DNA of 64,000 nucleotides from positions 12,885,421-12,949,420 of the forward strand of contig JAHRHZ010000009.1 in assembly GCA_024137785.1 (NCBI GenBank), read 5' to 3'. Both the position numbers and the translations under genes were made by a program. This DNA comes from Ginglymostoma cirratum. Its lineage: Eukaryota. This document shows, piece after piece, positions 59,515-64,000 of the stretch (positions within the stretch are counted from its first letter, which is position 1; every line of letters starts with the position of its first letter). The notes beneath the pieces are model-generated. The model ran no database searches. It worked only from the letters and a program-made list of their open reading frames with translations, and was not told where the DNA came from.

Positions 59515-61860
59515 TTCTGCCTCTGCGGTCCAGACTAATCTGACGTTCCACTTCTGGTCTGCAGCCTTGCAACTTATGACGCTTCAAGTGTATATCAAAA
59601 AGCTTATTAAATGTACTGGATGTTTCTGCCTCTTCCATCCTTTTAGACAGAGAGTTCTAGATTCACTCGAACCTCTCGGTGAAATAATTTCACTCGAGCT
59701 CCCCTCTATTCCTTTTAATTATTTAAAACTCTGATCCCTGTGGCTGGCTTCACCCATAAGGGAAATAACTTTTTCCTATCTACTCTGTCCAGATCTTCCA
59801 CAACTTAACACATTTCAATTAAATCTCTCCTCATCTTCCTCTGTTCCAATGAAAACAGCCCCAGAGTAGCCAATCTTCCTTCATAGCTAAAATTCTCCAA
59901 TTGAGGCAACATCCTCAAAAATGTCCTCTCTACACTTTCTGGTGTGATCACAGCCTTCCTAAAATAAGATGAACAGACAGTACACAGTTGCTGGAAAGCT
60001 CAGCAGGTCTGGCAGCATCTGTGAAAGGAAAAAACAGAGTTAACGTTTCGGGTCCAGTGACTCTTCCTCAGAACGTTCTGAGGAAGGGTCACCGGACCCG
60101 AAATGTTAACTCTGTGTTTTTCTTTCACAGATGCTGCCAGACCTGCTGAGCTTTTCCAGCAACTTTGTTTTTGTTCCTGATTTACAGCATCTGCAGTTCT
60201 TTCAGTTTTTATTTAGACAGTACACTGTTCTCTAGCTAAGGTTAAAATGGTATTTGCCTAATAAAATAAAGTCGAGCCATATACACTTTGAATCACCTTA
60301 TCTACCTGTCCTGTTATCTTCGGTAATCTGTAGACATATAGTCCAAGACCCGCTGCTCGTCTGCAATTCTCATTATCCTACCAAATTTTGTTTTCTCTTG
60401 CCTCATTTTCTCTCCCCACATGCATTAATTTACACTTTTCCAAAGTGAATTCCATATACCACTTTTCTGCCCATCTGATTATCCATTGATATCTTCATGA
60501 GATCCACGGCCTTATTCCTCATTATGAACAATATGGTCAATTTTTGTATCGTTTGCAAACTCCTTGATTGTAGCCCACAACATTTCAGTCTAAATCTTTG
60601 ATCCATTTAGATTATATACCACTCTCATGGCCCCTCAAAACAGTCAGTCAAATTAGTCAGATGTGATCATCCCGTAACCAATTCACATTGACGGTTCTCA
60701 AATAATGTATTGCTTTGTAAATAATAATGAATATAGTCCATCAGAGCTCAGTCCAAGAATTTGCCCACCACTGAGGTACAGCTGACTGATTTAAAATATC
60801 CATTCTTTCTCTTTGTCCCTTTTACAAACAATGGAATGTTGTCAGCTATTCTCCACATTTGTAGCCAGAAAAAAAAAGTTCTTCATTATTTTCTCCCCTG
60901 CATCTCTCAACAGCTTCAGATACATTTCATCTGGATCTACAATTCTATTTGCTAATTTATCTACTTTCAAAGATGCTGAACACCTTAATTTTTTTCTCTG
61001 TCACTATCTTTACATACCTTCAACATTTCACACTGTTCCTTCACTACTTTGTGAAAAAAGATTCAAAGTATTCATTAAGAACCATTCTCACATCCATTCC
61101 TCCACACATATCATCTTTATAGTCTCTAATAGGTCCCACTTTTTCCTCAGTTATTCTTTAGCTCTATATGCATTTAGAAAACACTGTTGATTTTTCTTTG
61201 GTTTTACTTGTCAATATATTTTGAGTCTCCTTACTTTTCTAACCTTTTTTTATTTAACCCTTGGGTTTTCTGGACTTCTCTAGGCTTTTGTAGCATTGAA
61301 TGCTTGGTATCTGACATAAGCTTTCCTTTTTTTCCTCATCCTACATTGGAGCAAAGGCCATTCAGCCAGCTCTATCATTCTATGATATCATGGATGATCA
61401 GCTACCTCTATGCCAGATTCCTGCACTATTTCTACATCCTTTGATGCTATTAATATTGAGAAATCTAATGATTTTCAGTTTTGGACATGCTCAATGATTG
61501 AGCTCCCAAAGCCTGCAGGTACACAGAATCCCAAGGATTCAGACTCCTCTGATTGAAGAAATCCTCTTCATCTCAGTCTTAAACAGCCTGTCATTTATTC
61601 TGAGACTATGTCCCCTGGTTATAAATTCACCGGCTGCAGAAAACATCCTACCTATATCCATTGTCATGCCCTCTATGGATTATGTATTTTCAATGGGAAC
61701 ACCTTTTGTTCTCCAAGAATTTACAAGCCCAGATTCCTTAATTTCTCTTGATAAAACAATCCTGCCATCCCAGGGATCAGCCTGGTGACCCAAATTGCAT
61801 GCCCTCCGTGGCAAATATATCTTTGTCTACATAAGGAGACAAAAGCTACATACAATGCCT
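59515..61860 (-). mobile_element. Decayed minus-strand CR1 fragments (at least two copies)
   Basis: Similar to the plus-strand appearance of 38.5-39.7 kb, for example TGTATCGTTTGCAAAC (FADDT-like on the minus strand) and GAAGAAATCCTCTTCATCTCAG. Confidence 0.7.
59986..60214. mobile_element. Young palindromic Penelope-like insertion, family C: two head-to-head hammerhead-bearing arms plus a 50-bp tail, with an 11-bp TSD
   Basis: Arms 59986-60074 and 60075-60164 are near-perfect reverse complements with no spacer. AGACAGTACAC occurs at 59975-85 and 60215-25. Confidence 0.9.
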
Positions 61861-63050
61861 TCTTGAACTGGTGTAGTCCATTTTCTGTAAGAACACCATA
61901 TTGCCTTTAGAAAATAAGTTCTAGGACTTTTATCCAGTGACAGTTAAGGAAGACCAATATATTTCCAAGTCAGGATGGTGAATGAAAGTTGTAAATGGTT
62001 CTGTTCTTATGTGTGTGCTGCCCTTGTTCTTCTAGATGGTAATGGTTGTTGGTTTGGAAAGTCTTAGAAGCCTCAATTAATTTCTGCAGTACATCTTGTA
62101 ATTAGTATGTACTACTGCTACTGAATGCTGCTAGTGGAGGGAGTGAGTATTTGTCAATACCTTGGATAGTATCGAGCTTCTTAAATGTTGTTGGAGATGT
62201 ACCCAAGAAAAGTACACAGTACTCCATCACACTCCTGACTTGTGTCTTGTAAAGGGTGATTAGGCTTTTGCGAGTCTGGAGATACATTACTTGCTGCAAG
62301 ATTCCTCACCTCTGACCTGCTTTTGTAGCCACAGTACTTATGGGCTAATTTAGTACAATTTCTGATCAATAGTAATGCCCAGAATGTTGATAGTGGGGGA
62401 TTCAGTGATAGTAATATCAAATTGTGATGGTTAGATTCTCTTTTGTTGGACATGGTTATTGCATGGCAATTGTGTGGCATGAATGCTACTTGTCACTTGT
62501 GAGCCCAAGCCTGGATACTGTCCAGGTCTTGTACCTTTGGACATGGACAAATTCAGTACCTGAGGATCTGAGCTCCCTGAGGAGCTCCTGAAGAGATGTC
62601 CTGGAGCTGAGATGACTGACCTTCAACAACACAACCATCCTCCTATGCACCAGGTATGACATCAACCAACAGAGAGTTTGCCCACTGATTCACATTGATT
62701 CCAGTTTTGCTAAGACTCCTTGGTGCCACACTCGGTTGAATGCAGTCTTGATGTCAAGGGCTGTCACTCTCACTTCACCTCTGGAATTCAGCTGTTTTGT
62801 CCATGTTTGAACCAACGTTCTGATGAAGTCGGGAGCTGCGTGGTCCTGGTGGAACCCAAAGTGACAGTGAGCTAGTTATATCTAAACTGGTGCTGCTTTC
62901 TAGCGCATGATGATACTTTCCATCACTTTACTGATGACCAAGAGTAGATCGATGTGGGTGGTAATTAGCCGGGTTGGTTGATTTTTGAGTAGAGGAAATA
63001 CCTGGCCAATTTTCCACGTTGCAGGATGTATACCAGTGTTGTAGTTCAAT
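61860..63050 (-). mobile_element. Decayed CR1/L2-group LINE ORF2 fragments
   Basis: Minus ORFs read TLYKTQVRSVMEY..SPTTFKKLDTIQ, GIHPATWKIGQV.P and STNPANYHP..L. Related remnants occur at 57300-58150. Confidence 0.7.
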
Positions 63051-63099
63051 CCACTTGACTTTATTTGATGCTTCCTCTGACATATTAGCTGTCTTTGAG

Positions 63100-64000
63100 A
63101 CTGTGATAGATTTTTTAACCAATATTGTGACATCACTTCCTTTATATCCTCTTCTCTATCCTGTACTAAACCTATGACCAGGAATGTTGAGCTGCCATTG
63201 CTGTCCTTCCTTAAGTTATGTTTCAGTAATAGCTATGCTATCATTTTTCCAAGATCTATGTTTGCCTTCAGCTTATCTGCTTTATTCACCAGACTTCAGT
63301 ATAGATCAATCATTTGGCAATGTCAAACTCCTTTGTTATCTATCTTCTATCCTTAGCTCCATCTGCCTTCTTAAATTGCTCACAAATTTTCTGTGTTAAA
63401 TTTCCATCTTTAATTGTTTCCCTTCCAAATAAATGCTCAAGTCATCATCCCCATCAAGTTAGTTTAAACCAATCCCAACATCATCAACAAACCTTTCTGT
63501 GATGATATTGGTACTGGTCCTATTGAGATGTAACCCATGACCTAAAGACCAGATGTTTGTTTAGGTCTAATTTTGCCCAAAACCACTCCCAATGCCAAGG
63601 AATCTAAAGGTCTCCCATCTAGCCACATATTCACATACATTATTTTCCTTTATCAATACACAATAGCCGTGACCTGGAGATTACTGTCTCCGAGGTCCTA
63701 TTTGTCAATTTATTATCTAACTCCTTAAAATGTGCCAATAGGACCTTATCCTTTGTAACTATGTCACTGGTACATTCACTTAGCTGTTCACCACACCATA
63801 CCACCCACCAGCCTCCCTGAAAGTTCTGCAGCTGTTCAGTGATACCAGGGTGGCAACACACTAACTCATGTCTGTTACACTGATGATTCAATTCCCTATC
63901 ATTATTGATTTCTCAATCTTCCCTTGCCCTCCTGTGATGTGACATTGGCTCTATCTGCACTCCTAGAGCTCAAAACCAGTCAGAGAGTTATGTAGGAATG
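63100..64000 (-). mobile_element. Decayed CR1 ORF1/EN remnant
   Basis: Minus ORF 63640-63891 (CCHPG..DIV..DKVLLAHFKEL.NKL.NRTSETVIS) resembles the SGNH ORF1 remnant at 7.5-8.3 kb. Confidence 0.55.

Overview
Vertebrate genomic DNA, very probably a cartilaginous fish (shark); this is inferred from the repeat repertoire as I recall it, not from a database search. The only intact gene is the single-exon HMG-box gene SOX1 (minus strand, 18340-19392). It has a CCAAT/GC-box/CRE promoter-like cluster near 20.25-20.38 kb, a 27-bp minisatellite in the presumed 5' leader, and a long 3' UTR. It sits in a repeat-poor, CpG-retaining block (about 13.3-31.9 kb) with several enhancer-like segments. The flanks are a mosaic of decayed CR1, L2, RTE and Rex/Babar-like LINEs and several tRNA-derived SINE families. 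The most striking unexplained signal is about a dozen short (100-300 bp) non-coding mobile elements of three sequence families. The best-preserved copies begin with a minimal type-I hammerhead ribozyme motif (CUGAnGA-A-stem II-GAAA-palindromic stem III) whose stems differ between families but still pair. Three copies have 11-14 bp target-site duplications and several are head-to-head palindromes, consistent with non-autonomous Penelope-like elements. Repeat boundaries were read by eye and are approximate.
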